From a virus (taxonomy: Duplodnaviria; Caudoviricetes), in the IMG/VR virus record IMGVR_UViG_2933088407_000001, positions 1 to 64,000 of that record: DNA of 64,000 nt, one strand, 5' to 3'. Positions within the stretch are counted from its first letter, which is position 1, and each line of letters starts with the position of its first letter. The position numbers were made by a program, and so were the translations under genes. Below are positions 37,565 through 47,614 of the stretch, piece after piece. The notes below the pieces were generated by a model that saw only the letters and a program-made list of their open reading frames with translations, was not told the DNA's origin and made no database searches.

Positions 37565-40500
37565 GGGCTGCCACCCCTCCCCTGCGTGCGCGCCGCATCT
37601 GCCGGCCGACCTGGTGGCCGATGTCGTAGGCGGATGCGCCGGTCCTGGTCACGGGCACGTTCACGGTGGTGGGGCCTTCCTGGCTGATGACGACGGCACG
37701 TCCGGCGTTCGCGTCGGTCAGGCCGACGCCGAAGCGCTGGGCGACGTCGCCGAGGACTGCGGTGGCCGAGGCCCGCTTGTTGGCGCCGAGGGGGATGTAC
37801 GCCTCTCCGCCGGTGGAGGGCTCGGCGAACGTGACGGCGCCGGCGCGGGTTCCGTAGATGCCGGGGCGGATGCCGCCGTTGGCGTATGACAGGCCCTTCT
37901 GTGCGCGGGCCAGGTCGGCGAGGAATTTCGCAGAGCGGGAACCGAGGCTGCTCTTGATCTGACTGCTGGCTTTGGTGGCGACGGTGACGATGTCGTCTTC
38001 GCCCAGCCCGGTGGCGGAGGCCACGTCGTGGATGCCGGTCTTGGAGCTCTTGACCGCGGCGATGATCTGCACCAGTTGGGCGATCTGGTCGGAGGACAGT
38101 GCGTTGTTTGCCGCGGTGGCGGCCTTGTTTGCCGAAGCTGCCTTGCTCTTGTCCTTGGCTGCGGCGGCGGCCAGAGCCTCGGCGTCCTGATCGTTCTGCG
38201 ACGCGAGGCGCGTGGCGAGAGCCCCGTAGCCGCTGGCAGCGAGCCTGGTGAGGTTCGCCTGGAACGCGGCCTGGTCTTTCACCGCGGCGTTGAGCTGCGA
38301 GGTGTACTCGCCCAGGGACGCCTTGGCCGAGGCTGCGAGGTTCCGCAGCTGAGAGGCCATGTCGTTGATGTACTTCGACGAACCGTGGGCCATTTTCTTC
38401 GTCAGCGCGATGCCTTCGTCGCCCATGTCGGCGAGTGCGGCAGCGACGTCCTGGCCGGCGCGGGATGCGACCGTGGCGAGGTCCTTGCGCCAGGCGTCGA
38501 GAGCGTTGTTGGAAGCGCGCAGCTTGCTCGTGAAGACCGAGAGGCTGAAGTTGCCGTTCTTGTCGTTTGAGGCGGAGATCAGTCCAGACAGGGTGTACTT
38601 CTGGGCTGCGCCGCCGAATCCGGAGTAGGTGAAGTCCAGGCCGCCGCCGTCAGCGAACCGGGTAACGGAGCCGTCGGCGTTCCACGCGATGCCCCGGCCG
38701 CCCAGGCGGCGCACGGTCTCCTCGGCGATGGCGCGGGAGCGGCGCCGCTTGCCAACGGCGAGGGGAATGTAGGCCTCGCCGCCGGTCTCGTCTTCGGCCC
38801 ACACGCGCCATTCGCCGGCGCGGGCGATCTGCGCGGTGTGCTGCTCGCGCCGCATGCCACCGCCGGCGTAGTGCGCGACCTGGACGGATCCGTCGGCCTG
38901 GTAGCCGCTGGCGTACGGGCCTGGGTTGGCCTTCCTGACGATCGTGTCGATGAACGTTTTCTTGTAGATGCTGATGGTCGCTGAGCTGCCGTGGACACTG
39001 TCGATGGCACCCTGGATTGCGGCGACCTGGGATTTCGGGGTGCCGGTCGGCACGCTGACAACGACCGTTTTCCCGTCCGTCGACTGGATTTTGAATCCGA
39101 GGAGTTCCAGCTGGCGGCGCCCCTCTGCGGTGGGGACGTTCATCGTGATGGTCTTGCCGTGTTGCTTTTGGACCGCTGCCTTGAGGTTTTCCAGATCGCG
39201 GAGTGCCCCGGCGGTCTTCGCGCTCATGTTGAGGCTCTTGCCGCCGGGTACGGCCTGCATCTGCTTGAGCAGGTTGGCGAGGTCTGCTTTTGCCTGCCCG
39301 GTCTTCGCGGTGACCTTGTATTCGCGGGTTCCCGGGATGAGCTTGACGGTGTAGCCGAGCTCCTCGAGCTTCTTCTTCGCGTCGTCGGACAGGGTGTCGA
39401 CCTTGACCGTCTTGGACTTCGGGACCTTCGCGAACTCCGCTTGGACGGCGAGGAGCTCGGCGAGGGTGGAGTCGACGCCCTTGGTTTGGAGCAGGATGGA
39501 GACCTGGCCGGGGATGAGGCCCATCGCGTCGGCGACGCCCTGCGCCTGCTTGCTGGACAGGCCGTAGCCTTCGCCGAGCTTGATGGCCGCGTCGCGGGCC
39601 TTTTGCATCTCCGCCTGTGAGGCCTTCAAGCTCTCGGGAAGGCCCTTGCCCTGCGACTGCGCGAAGTCGTAGGCCGCGATTGCGGCGTCCGCTGACCCGT
39701 CGGCGATGTTGTTGAAGGTGTTGAACAGCGACTGGCCGTTCTTCGTGGTGGTGTCGATCTGCCCGTTGGCTTTGACGAGGGCCTTGCCCCAGCCGTCGCT
39801 CTTGCTGATGCCGTTGGTCATTGCGTCGTTGGCCTGGGTGATGGCCTCGTTTACGCGTGCCTGGGCGGCTTGGAGGCTGATGCTGCCGCCGGAGAGCAGG
39901 TCGAGGCTGGCGCGCAGGGCGCGGGTGCGGGAGTCGGCGTCGCCGGTCTTGTCGGCGAGAGCCGCAACCGAGTCCTTGAGTCGCTGGTAGGCGGAGACGC
40001 CGTCTTCGGATCCCTTCTGCGCGGCAGCCAGTTCTTTCGCAGACCGCGCCGCTCCGGACATCTCCCCCTTCATGCTGCCCAGGGCGGCGGCCGCGTCCTT
40101 CGCGGACTTGCCGACCGGGTCGATGTCGGTGACGACGCCGCCGCCGCTGGAGACGGTTACCTTCGTGTGCGCTTCAGCGACTCCCTCCAGTTGCTTTTGG
40201 AGTTCGCCGAGGCTCTTGCCTTCGCCCAGGTAGGAGCTTGTGAGGCTCTTGAGGGAGACGCCGGAGCGGCGCATCACGTCGACGAGTTTCTGCCGGCCGT
40301 CGCCGACCTTCATGTCCTGGATCTGTTGAGCGGCGACGGCGCGGACGTTGTCATCGACAGCGCCTTTGGACTCGCGCAGAGCCTGGGAGAGGTTCGCGAT
40401 CCGCTGGTCGTGCTCTGCGGCGGCTTGGGCTGCTTTCTGCTGTGCGCTGGCGAGGAAGCCCAGGGCAACGGTTGCGCCAGCGATGGCTACGCCCCACGGG

Positions 40501-42755
40501 CCGCCCATGGCTGCGGTGAGGCCGGTCATGGCTCCGCGCAAGCCGGTACCTGCTGCTGCGGCGACTCCGCGGAGTGTGCTGGTGAATCCGGATCCGGCGG
40601 CGGCGGCGGTCCGGAAGCTGCCGGCCATACGGCCGATGATCGGCACCCGGTCTTGGAGGACAGCGAATGCCGCACCGTAGCGGGAGAGGGATTGGCCGGC
40701 TGCACCAGCGAGGGTGCGCTGGTAGGCCATCTGCTGTGACAGGGACTGGAAGGCTCCGGTGACGCGGCCGCGGACGGTGTTGGCGATGTTGGACAGGGGG
40801 CCCTGGACGCGGCGGAAGAGGAGCATCGCGGCGACGGCTGCCTGCACCGGGCCGGGGAGCGACCCGAAGGCGGAGACGATGCCGCCGACGACGTGGCCGA
40901 TGGGGCCGAGGATCCCGGAGAGCCAGCCCAGCACGGACAGGACCGCGTCGAGGGCCATGACGGCGATGTCGACGGCTGTGCCGAGGCCGGAGGAGCCCTT
41001 GGCTAGCGAGGAGAAGCCGGAGACGACGGGCTCGATGAAGGCGACGATGTTGGAGAAGATCTCGCCTGCGGTGTCGCCGATGGACAGCAGGGTGTGCAGG
41101 AACTGGGCGAGGGCGTGCTCGCCGAAGTCTTTGAGCGGGCCGATCATGCCGGAGACGCTTTTGCCGAGGGTCGAGAAGCGGCTGGAGAGGGCGGCGCCGA
41201 TTTCCGGGCCGAAGAGGGTGGCCGCGGAGTTGAGGTACTGGAAGAACTTTTCGATCTTCGGGGTGGCGGCGGATAGTCCCTTGGTGATGCCGCGGGTCAT
41301 CCATTCCATCCCGGGGGCCATGCCCTGGTAGATGGCGAGTCCGGTCTGGCGGGCCTGGGTTTTGAGGCCGAGCATGGCGCCGGCCAGGCCCTTGCCCTTC
41401 GCGGCGGCGATGTCGGCGGCCGAGCCGGTGCCCTTGACTGCGGCCATGAGGTTGTCGAAGGAGTCGACGCCCTGGTGGGCCATGGCGATAGCGCCAGACA
41501 TGGCGGGCTTGCCCATGGACTTCTTGACGGCGGCCGCGAAGTCCTGCTGGGTCATGTTGTGCTGGGCCTTGGACAGGCCGTCGATGACGTAGCGCAGGCC
41601 CTTGAAGTTGCCCTGGGCGTCCCACGCTTCGATGTTCATGGCCTTGAGGCCTTCGATCATCTGCGGGGTGGGGGCGGCGAGGTTGGCCATCATGCCGCGG
41701 AGGGTGGTGCCGGCGGTCTGGCCGAGGATGCCTGCCTTGCCGAGCATGCCGACTGCGGACGCGGTCTCCTCGATGGAGACACCGAGCCCGTGGGCGACAG
41801 GTCCGGCATATTTCATTGCATAGTAAATGTCCTTAATGTCGCCCGATGCCGCGTTGGCGGTGGACGCGAGGGTGTCGGCGGCGCGGGATGCCTGGTCGGC
41901 ACCCATGCCGAACTGGTCCATGATGTCGCCGAGATACTTCGCGGAGTCGGCGGCGTTGACCTGGGCGGCGGAGGCGAGGCGCAGGGATGCGCTGGTGGCG
42001 GAGATGGCCTGGTCGGTGCGGAAACCGGCCTTGGCGAGTTCGACCATGGCCTCGGCGGCGTCGCCGGCGGTGGCGCCCGGCAGGGACAGGTCGTTGCCGA
42101 GCTGGTTGGCGGTCGCGGCCGCGCGCTTCATCTGCATCTGGGTGGCGCCGGTGACCGCCCCGAAGGCGTTCATCTCCTGCTGGTACTCATTGCCCTCTTT
42201 GACCATGGCGCCCAGGCCCATGACCAGTGCGCCACCGGACAGGAGGGCGGCCATGCTGCGCAGCTGGGAGTGGGCGCGGCCGGTCTCGCCGGCGAAGCGC
42301 CGCATGTTCGAGACGCCTCGGTCGCCGACCCGGTTGGTGTGGGCGGCTGCGGTGCGGGCTGCCGTGCCGAGGCGGTTGAGGTCGCGGATGGCGCCGCTGA
42401 GCTGGCTGGACATGCGGGAGATCTGGCGGGATGCGTCGCGGCTGTTGGTGCCGAGGCGGTCCATGCCGCGCTGGGCGGTGCGGGCCGCGTCGCCGTAGCG
42501 GTTGAGGTTGCGTGCGGCGTCGCGGCTGGCGTTGGCCAGGCGCTGGATGTCGCGTGCGGCGTTGCGGGCCTCACGGCCGAGGGAGCGGAGGTTGCCGCGG
42601 GCGGCGAGGGCGGCTGTGTCGAGTTCGCGCAGGCCGGTGCGGGCCCGGGTGAGGGACTGGTCGAGGGTGCGGGCGTGGGTGGCGGACTCGCGGAGCGCGC
42701 GGGCCAGGCTGGTGCCGTTTCCCCGCAGGTCAACGCTGAGGTTCCAGTTCGCCAC
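37551..42755 (-). CDS. tape measure protein
   Basis: 1734 aa, Ala-rich; TP901-type core (AAEAMVELAKAG, GQTAGTTLRGM). Confidence 0.95.
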   Translation of the reverse strand: MANWNLSVDLRGNGTSLARALRESATHARTLDQSLTRARTGLRELDTAALAARGNLRSLGREARNAARDIQRLANASRDAARNLNRYGDAARTAQRGMDRLGTNSRDASRQISRMSSQLSGAIRDLNRLGTAARTAAAHTNRVGDRGVSNMRRFAGETGRAHSQLRSMAALLSGGALVMGLGAMVKEGNEYQQEMNAFGAVTGATQMQMKRAAATANQLGNDLSLPGATAGDAAEAMVELAKAGFRTDQAISATSASLRLASAAQVNAADSAKYLGDIMDQFGMGADQASRAADTLASTANAASGDIKDIYYAMKYAGPVAHGLGVSIEETASAVGMLGKAGILGQTAGTTLRGMMANLAAPTPQMIEGLKAMNIEAWDAQGNFKGLRYVIDGLSKAQHNMTQQDFAAAVKKSMGKPAMSGAIAMAHQGVDSFDNLMAAVKGTGSAADIAAAKGKGLAGAMLGLKTQARQTGLAIYQGMAPGMEWMTRGITKGLSAATPKIEKFFQYLNSAATLFGPEIGAALSSRFSTLGKSVSGMIGPLKDFGEHALAQFLHTLLSIGDTAGEIFSNIVAFIEPVVSGFSSLAKGSSGLGTAVDIAVMALDAVLSVLGWLSGILGPIGHVVGGIVSAFGSLPGPVQAAVAAMLLFRRVQGPLSNIANTVRGRVTGAFQSLSQQMAYQRTLAGAAGQSLSRYGAAFAVLQDRVPIIGRMAGSFRTAAAAGSGFTSTLRGVAAAAGTGLRGAMTGLTAAMGGPWGVAIAGATVALGFLASAQQKAAQAAAEHDQRIANLSQALRESKGAVDDNVRAVAAQQIQDMKVGDGRQKLVDVMRRSGVSLKSLTSSYLGEGKSLGELQKQLEGVAEAHTKVTVSSGGGVVTDIDPVGKSAKDAAAALGSMKGEMSGAARSAKELAAAQKGSEDGVSAYQRLKDSVAALADKTGDADSRTRALRASLDLLSGGSISLQAAQARVNEAITQANDAMTNGISKSDGWGKALVKANGQIDTTTKNGQSLFNTFNNIADGSADAAIAAYDFAQSQGKGLPESLKASQAEMQKARDAAIKLGEGYGLSSKQAQGVADAMGLIPGQVSILLQTKGVDSTLAELLAVQAEFAKVPKSKTVKVDTLSDDAKKKLEELGYTVKLIPGTREYKVTAKTGQAKADLANLLKQMQAVPGGKSLNMSAKTAGALRDLENLKAAVQKQHGKTITMNVPTAEGRRQLELLGFKIQSTDGKTVVVSVPTGTPKSQVAAIQGAIDSVHGSSATISIYKKTFIDTIVRKANPGPYASGYQADGSVQVAHYAGGGMRREQHTAQIARAGEWRVWAEDETGGEAYIPLAVGKRRRSRAIAEETVRRLGGRGIAWNADGSVTRFADGGGLDFTYSGFGGAAQKYTLSGLISASNDKNGNFSLSVFTSKLRASNNALDAWRKDLATVASRAGQDVAAALADMGDEGIALTKKMAHGSSKYINDMASQLRNLAASAKASLGEYTSQLNAAVKDQAAFQANLTRLAASGYGALATRLASQNDQDAEALAAAAAKDKSKAASANKAATAANNALSSDQIAQLVQIIAAVKSSKTGIHDVASATGLGEDDIVTVATKASSQIKSSLGSRSAKFLADLARAQKGLSYANGGIRPGIYGTRAGAVTFAEPSTGGEAYIPLGANKRASATAVLGDVAQRFGVGLTDANAGRAVVISQEGPTTVNVPVTRTGASAYDIGHQVGRQMRRARRGGVAARAGR

Positions 42756-42767
42756 CGTCCCCCCTCC

Positions 42768-43178
42768 CTACTCGTCGTCGTGGTCGTGGTGCGTGCGTCG
42801 GGCTGCTTGGAGTTGCTTCATTGCCTCGGTGGCGGCGTGCACCGTGGCGGGGATGAGCAGGACCTTTTTGCCGCGGCTGCTGGCGTCGTCGTCTTTGAGG
42901 GAGTCCTGTTTGTCGGCGATGGTCTGGCAGCCGATGCACAGGTGGGTGACGGCGACGTAGGCGTCTTCGGTGTCGTCGTCTCCGCCCTGGTCCCAGTCGT
43001 CGGCGCGGGTGCCGCACTGGGGGCAGACGGTGCGCTGGTAGTCGCGGTAGGCCAGGGCCTTGGCGCGGTCGCGCGGGGTCCATTCGCCGGTGCCGAGTCC
43101 GCGGAACTGCGAGTGCGGGATGCCCCATCGGTCGCACAGTTCGAGTTCGCCGCGTAGCCGGGCATCGGCGATCAGCCT
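42768..43178 (-). CDS. -1 frame extension of the tail assembly chaperone
   Basis: Start-less open frame RLIADARLRGELELCDRWGIPHSQF...CPQC...CIGC, reached through G GGA AAA. Confidence 0.8.
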   Translation of the reverse strand, partial: RLIADARLRGELELCDRWGIPHSQFRGLGTGEWTPRDRAKALAYRDYQRTVCPQCGTRADDWDQGGDDDTEDAYVAVTHLCIGCQTIADKQDSLKDDDASSRGKKVLLIPATVHAATEAMKQLQAARRTHHDHDDE

Positions 43179-43723
43179 TTTCCCAGGTCCAGGCGGGACT
43201 CCAGCTGGACGTTCCAGGCGGTGGAGAAGAGGGCGCCGGCTTCGGCGTCGGACCAGGTGTCGAGGAATTCGCGGGCCTGCTCTTCGGTCATGCCGTCGGT
43301 GTTGGAGGCGGCGACGAGGGCGGGCCCGAGGGTGTCGGCGTTGATTTCGAAGCCGTCTTCGGCCTGCTCCTCGGTGGGCGGGTGGGCCTTCTTCAGGGCG
43401 TCGAGGTCGGTGCGCTCCAGGGCCCGGAAGGTGAGCACGATGGATGCGTCGTCCACGGCCTTCTGGGCGGCTGCGACCTTCTGTTCGGCGGCGCGCAGGG
43501 CCTTCTTGGCTTCGGGGGTTGTCTCGTTTCCCTCGTACTGGCGCTGGGTGTTGCGCTGCTCGTAGTGGGCGGTGCCGAGGTTGTTCTTGGCGGCGCTGTC
43601 GTCGCAGATGGTGAGGGTGGCGGTGGGGCGCTGGCGGTTGCGCAGGCGCTCCAGGGTGGAGGCCCAGTGGGCGTCCTGGGCGACGGCGTTGGCCGGGGGC
43701 TGGGGCTGGGTGGTGGTGGTCAT
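43172..43723 (-). CDS. tail assembly chaperone
   Basis: Between the tail tube and tape measure genes; ends LGKG on a slippery site. Confidence 0.85.
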   Translation of the reverse strand: MTTTTQPQPPANAVAQDAHWASTLERLRNRQRPTATLTICDDSAAKNNLGTAHYEQRNTQRQYEGNETTPEAKKALRAAEQKVAAAQKAVDDASIVLTFRALERTDLDALKKAHPPTEEQAEDGFEINADTLGPALVAASNTDGMTEEQAREFLDTWSDAEAGALFSTAWNVQLESRLDLGKG

Positions 43724-43805
43724 GGTGTCTCCAGTGGGAAGGGGCCCGGCCGGCACCGCGGCGCCCCTTCCCAAAAGCGGAGGGCGCCGGCCGGGGGCTG
43801 GTGGG

Positions 43806-44279
43806 TCAGGTGGCGGCCGGGACGGCTGCGCCCTGTACCGGGGTGTCCGTGATGCTGAACTTGGCCATCCACTTGGCGGCCTCGTTGTCGGCGGTGATCT
43901 CCGAGCTGCGGGAGGCGACACGCACCGGGTAGACGTCCATGCTGTTGGAGGCGGGGACGTCGCCCTTGCGGAGGATGATGATGAAACCCGTGGTGCCCTT
44001 GGCGAGGGACTGCTCGAGGTCGTCGTCGGTGTCGTCCTCGTAGAACGTCAGCGAGGAGTCGGCGGCCTGGTCGGAGCCGGGGATCTTGGAGTCGAACGTG
44101 GACTCCATGTCGGGGGTTTCGATCTCCTGGTTTTCCAGGGAGAACCCGTCGACCGCGGCGATGGCCTTGGTGAGCTTGGTGGCGCCGGTGATTTCGACGC
44201 GGGTGGGGATGTATGTCGTCGCCGCGATGGTCTCGGCGAACAGGATCTTGGTTACGCCCTTACGGGAAAACCTGGCCAT
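43806..44279 (-). CDS. major tail (tube) protein
   Basis: GFSLENQEIETPD...FDSKIPG; DVYPVRV; position. Confidence 0.85.
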   Translation of the reverse strand: MARFSRKGVTKILFAETIAATTYIPTRVEITGATKLTKAIAAVDGFSLENQEIETPDMESTFDSKIPGSDQAADSSLTFYEDDTDDDLEQSLAKGTTGFIIILRKGDVPASNSMDVYPVRVASRSSEITADNEAAKWMAKFSITDTPVQGAAVPAAT

Positions 44280-44397
44280 GAGATGGGCCCCTTGTCCCGG
44301 GGCCGGTGGCCCCTTCACGTCTGTGTGGGTCGTCTCGGCCACGAGGTGGCACGTCCGCGAAAGGGGCCGCCGCGGTGCGGTAATGCCTGACCAGGGG

Positions 44398-44853
44398 TCA
44401 AGCTGGGGTCAGGTCGAACCTGAACCGCTGCACGTAACTGATGATGCCATCGGCGGGATCATTCATTGCCCCGGGTTCGGTCTCCAGCTCCCGGCACATG
44501 CAGCGGACACTGGGCACGGTGAGGGCGTTGGTCCACTGGCCGGTGGTGGGGTGTCGGGAGAGGAACGCCGTGCGGGCTTTGTCGGCGAGGCCTTCGGCCT
44601 GCTCGAGGGTGCCGGCGCTGCCGGGGCGGGTCTTGTCCGGGGCGGAGACCGAGGTGACCTGGACGACGAGGGACAGGTCCTCGTTCATGTCGGCGTAGAA
44701 CGCGCCGGAGAGGGAGGAGTCCAGGGGGGTCAGGACGTAGTAGGCGGTGGCGTTCGCGGCCCCGGCTGGCAGGACGCCCTTGCCGACGGGCAGGCTGGTG
44801 GCCGTACCGAGGAGGCTTGTCAGCGCGTTGGTGACCAGGCGGCGTTCGATCAC
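44398..44853 (-). CDS. tail terminator-like protein
   Basis: Position; VQVTSV ... QAEGLADKAR. Confidence 0.65.
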   Translation of the reverse strand: MIERRLVTNALTSLLGTATSLPVGKGVLPAGAANATAYYVLTPLDSSLSGAFYADMNEDLSLVVQVTSVSAPDKTRPGSAGTLEQAEGLADKARTAFLSRHPTTGQWTNALTVPSVRCMCRELETEPGAMNDPADGIISYVQRFRFDLTPA

Positions 44854-45236
44854 CGCAGCACCTCCGCGACGGCGGACAGCATCCCGAACCGCAAGGCCGC
44901 TGTCATGGCGGGCAGGGACGGCTGCACGTGCGGGTACGGCGGCTGGTTGTATACGCGGCCCAGGCTGTCGGCACCCACGAACCCGAATTCGAGGCGCCGG
45001 CCGTAGGGCTCTTCGGTGCCGATGGTGCACTGCGCGCCGTAGGGCAGGCGGCGCGTCTCGATCTGCCAGCTGTTGCGGTAGTAGCCGGTGATGACGTTCG
45101 GCCCGGGGCGCCCGGAGGCGTGGCCCTTGATCTGCGCGCGCCCGAAGTCGGCTGCGTGCTCGACGCTGTGGGTGATGGCGGGTCCGATGCGGTGCGCGGC
45201 CGCCTCCAGCCGGGCGGCCAGCTGCTCGGGCGTCAT
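44850..45236 (-). CDS. HK97 gp10-like neck protein
   Basis: PNVITGYYRNS; YGRRLEFG; PYPHVQP. Confidence 0.8.
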   Translation of the reverse strand: MTPEQLAARLEAAAHRIGPAITHSVEHAADFGRAQIKGHASGRPGPNVITGYYRNSWQIETRRLPYGAQCTIGTEEPYGRRLEFGFVGADSLGRVYNQPPYPHVQPSLPAMTAALRFGMLSAVAEVLR

Positions 45237-45682
45237 GCCGCCCCCCGCGGTGCCTGGTTCTGGTCAAGCGGAGTGATCCGTACGACCTCCACCGTGGCGG
45301 CGCGGGAGGGGTCCTGGCTGGTCCATGACCGGCCGAGGAGCGCCAGGTTCGCGGTGTTGTGGACGCCGATGACCTCGATGGTGGCGTCCTTGGGTGCGAT
45401 GGGGGCGGTGAGGGGGGTCAGGAGCCTGTAGCGGCTCTTGGTCTCTCCCACCCACATCTGCCCGGCGTCCGGGGTGGCGCTGATCTCGGACTGGGCGGTG
45501 CCGCCCTGTACAGCGCCGGGGCCCTCGTAGAGGACCTCGCCCGGCGGGTATTCGTTCTGGCCGGTGTCGGGGTTGTAGACCGGGCCGTCGGTGGCGGGCG
45601 CGGTGATGCGGACCGTGTCGACGAGGAGGTTGGCGCCGAGCCAGCGGGTGACGCTGGCGAGCGCGGCATCGAGGCCTGCCAT
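45233..45682 (-). CDS. head-closure protein (DUF6093-like)
   Basis: DTVRIT..YNPDTG...LYEGPGAVQ. Confidence 0.7.
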   Translation of the reverse strand: MAGLDAALASVTRWLGANLLVDTVRITAPATDGPVYNPDTGQNEYPPGEVLYEGPGAVQGGTAQSEISATPDAGQMWVGETKSRYRLLTPLTAPIAPKDATIEVIGVHNTANLALLGRSWTSQDPSRAATVEVVRITPLDQNQAPRGAA

Positions 45683-46062
45683 CAGGCTGCTCCTCTCTCG
45701 TCGGCCCACTCCATCAGCTGGGTGAGCATGGCCCGGGTGAGGGCGTACCGCTCGTCGTCCAGGTCGTCCCGGTCGAGGGCGGCCTGCTCGAGTTGGACGG
45801 GGTTCACGGCGCACAGGAACGTGCGGATGGTTTCGGCGGGGTCGGGCTGGTCGGCTACCGCGACGTGCGCCAGTCCTTCGAAGGTGGCGCTGGCAGGCTG
45901 CCGGATGTGCAGGACCAACTGCGGCAGGGACCCGTGGACGTCGTGCTGGAGGGTGTAGCCGATGACGTCGTGCCCGACTTCGGTGCCGTCGAGGCGGATG
46001 CTGGCGCTGCCGGGTTGGGCGTCGATGCGGACGCCGTGCGCGGTGGGCTGCTGGTCGCTCAT
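45682..46062 (-). CDS. hypothetical protein
   Basis: Coupled start/stop at both ends. Confidence 0.6.
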   Translation of the reverse strand: MSDQQPTAHGVRIDAQPGSASIRLDGTEVGHDVIGYTLQHDVHGSLPQLVLHIRQPASATFEGLAHVAVADQPDPAETIRTFLCAVNPVQLEQAALDRDDLDDERYALTRAMLTQLMEWADERGAA

Positions 46063-46901
46063 GCCGGGTCTCCGTCCGCGATGTCGGTCCGGCCAGTGAG
46101 GTCGGGGCGGGGGTAGAACTCCCGTATGCAGCCGTGATGCGCACTGGGGTAGGTGGCGCATTCGTCGGCGGAGCGGAGGGTGCCGTCGGCGTGGTCGGTG
46201 TCCGGATGGCTCGTCCATCCGCACTCCGGCCCGTCCCGGACCTGCATCCACTCGGCGTCGAGCTCGTCGCGGGCGGTGTTGATCGAGCCGTGGTTGGCGG
46301 TGACGACGCCCTGCCAGGAGAGCGCGGCCGCGGCCCAGGCGTGGACGGGGTGGCGGGCCTGGTTGGAGTAGATGACGGTGTCGAGGGGGTGTTCCTCGAG
46401 GAGCCGTTCCGCCTGTACGCCGAGGACGGAGCGGGCGGCGTCCTGCGCTGCGCGGGCGAAGGCATGGGCGCGGCGGACTGCTTCGGTGATGCGGCGGATC
46501 AGGTCGGCCCAGAACGGGGCGGTCAGGCCGGTGACGGAGGCCTGGTGGCTGGCGGTCCAGGTGAACAGGCCGGCGTCGGCTTCGGCCGCGCGGAGGGCGC
46601 GGACGGCTCCGTCGCGGTAGGCGATGGGGAGGTCCTGGGCCGCCCAGCGTTCGGCGAAGGCGCGGGCGCGGCGGTCGAACTCGCCGACGTCGGCGTTGAA
46701 CGCGACGAGCGCGGTGCGGATCTGCTGCGTGGCCCCGACGGCGCGGCCGCCCTGGATCTGGTCGAGGCGGTCGAGGAGGGTGTGCTGGCTGGTGTGCAGG
46801 ATCGACCAGGCGGTGGTGAGCTGCACGGCGCCGGCGGCGATGAGCGTGGTGAGCTCTTCGCGGCCTTGACGGGTGCGGGTGTCGCGTACGGGCGTGGTCA
46901 T
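46059..46901 (-). CDS. minor capsid (MuF-like) protein
   Basis: DGPECGWTSH...ADG...HHGCIR. Confidence 0.65.
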   Translation of the reverse strand: MTTPVRDTRTRQGREELTTLIAAGAVQLTTAWSILHTSQHTLLDRLDQIQGGRAVGATQQIRTALVAFNADVGEFDRRARAFAERWAAQDLPIAYRDGAVRALRAAEADAGLFTWTASHQASVTGLTAPFWADLIRRITEAVRRAHAFARAAQDAARSVLGVQAERLLEEHPLDTVIYSNQARHPVHAWAAAALSWQGVVTANHGSINTARDELDAEWMQVRDGPECGWTSHPDTDHADGTLRSADECATYPSAHHGCIREFYPRPDLTGRTDIADGDPA

Positions 46902-47236
46902 CGGCGGCGCCTCTCGACGAGGCGGATGATCCCGAAGCGGCTGTCGCTGTCGTCGCCTGTGTCGGCGGGCTCGTCGGGGGCGGGCGGAGCGTCTTCGGAT
47001 TCGAGGTAGGCGATCTGCCGCTCGAGGGCGGCGATGTTGCCTGTTGTGTTGATGTTCACGACGGAGCTGACGCCGATGACGCTGGGCTGCGCGATGAGGT
47101 CGGCTTTGCGCTGGTTGAGGATTTCGATGGCGACGGCGCGGGCTTTGCCGAGGCGGGTATAGCGGGCTTCGAGGTCGGCGAGGTTGGTGTCGGTGCCGAG
47201 CTGGGACAGGAGCCAGTTGCGTGTGGCGTCGTCCAC
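46898..47236 (-). CDS. head-tail adaptor-like protein
   Basis: Position after the capsid gene; helical. Confidence 0.6.
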   Translation of the reverse strand: MDDATRNWLLSQLGTDTNLADLEARYTRLGKARAVAIEILNQRKADLIAQPSVIGVSSVVNINTTGNIAALERQIAYLESEDAPPAPDEPADTGDDSDSRFGIIRLVERRRR

Positions 47237-47318
47237 TGCGGCCTCCGGTGTGTGGTGCGGGTGGGAAGGGTGGGGTTGTGCGGGCCCTGGCGCCCCAGCT
47301 CAGGGCCCGCACGGTGCG

Positions 47319-47612
47319 TCAGCTGCCTGCGCCCTCGTCGGCTGCTGACTTCCGGCCCCGAGCCGGTCGGTTGGCCGCCGCCTTCTTCGCGGTGGCCGGC
47401 TTGTCGCCCTCGTCGCCGTCCGGCGACGGTTCGGGCGTGGACTGCTCCTCAGTGGCCTTCTTGGCCGGGGTGGGGAGCTTGCCGTCCTGCCAGCACGCCG
47501 GGTTGGTCACCAGCGCCGCGAGGTGCGGCTCCGGCTCAGACCCTTCGGGCAGGACGGTCATCTGGTGCGTCTCCGGGTCCACGACGTGCGTGGTCGCTGC
47601 GAGCCGCGCCAT
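47319..47612 (-). CDS. small head-associated protein
   Basis: LVTNPACW; directly after the capsid gene. Confidence 0.6.
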   Translation of the reverse strand: MARLAATTHVVDPETHQMTVLPEGSEPEPHLAALVTNPACWQDGKLPTPAKKATEEQSTPEPSPDGDEGDKPATAKKAAANRPARGRKSAADEGAGS

Positions 47613-47614
47613 GA

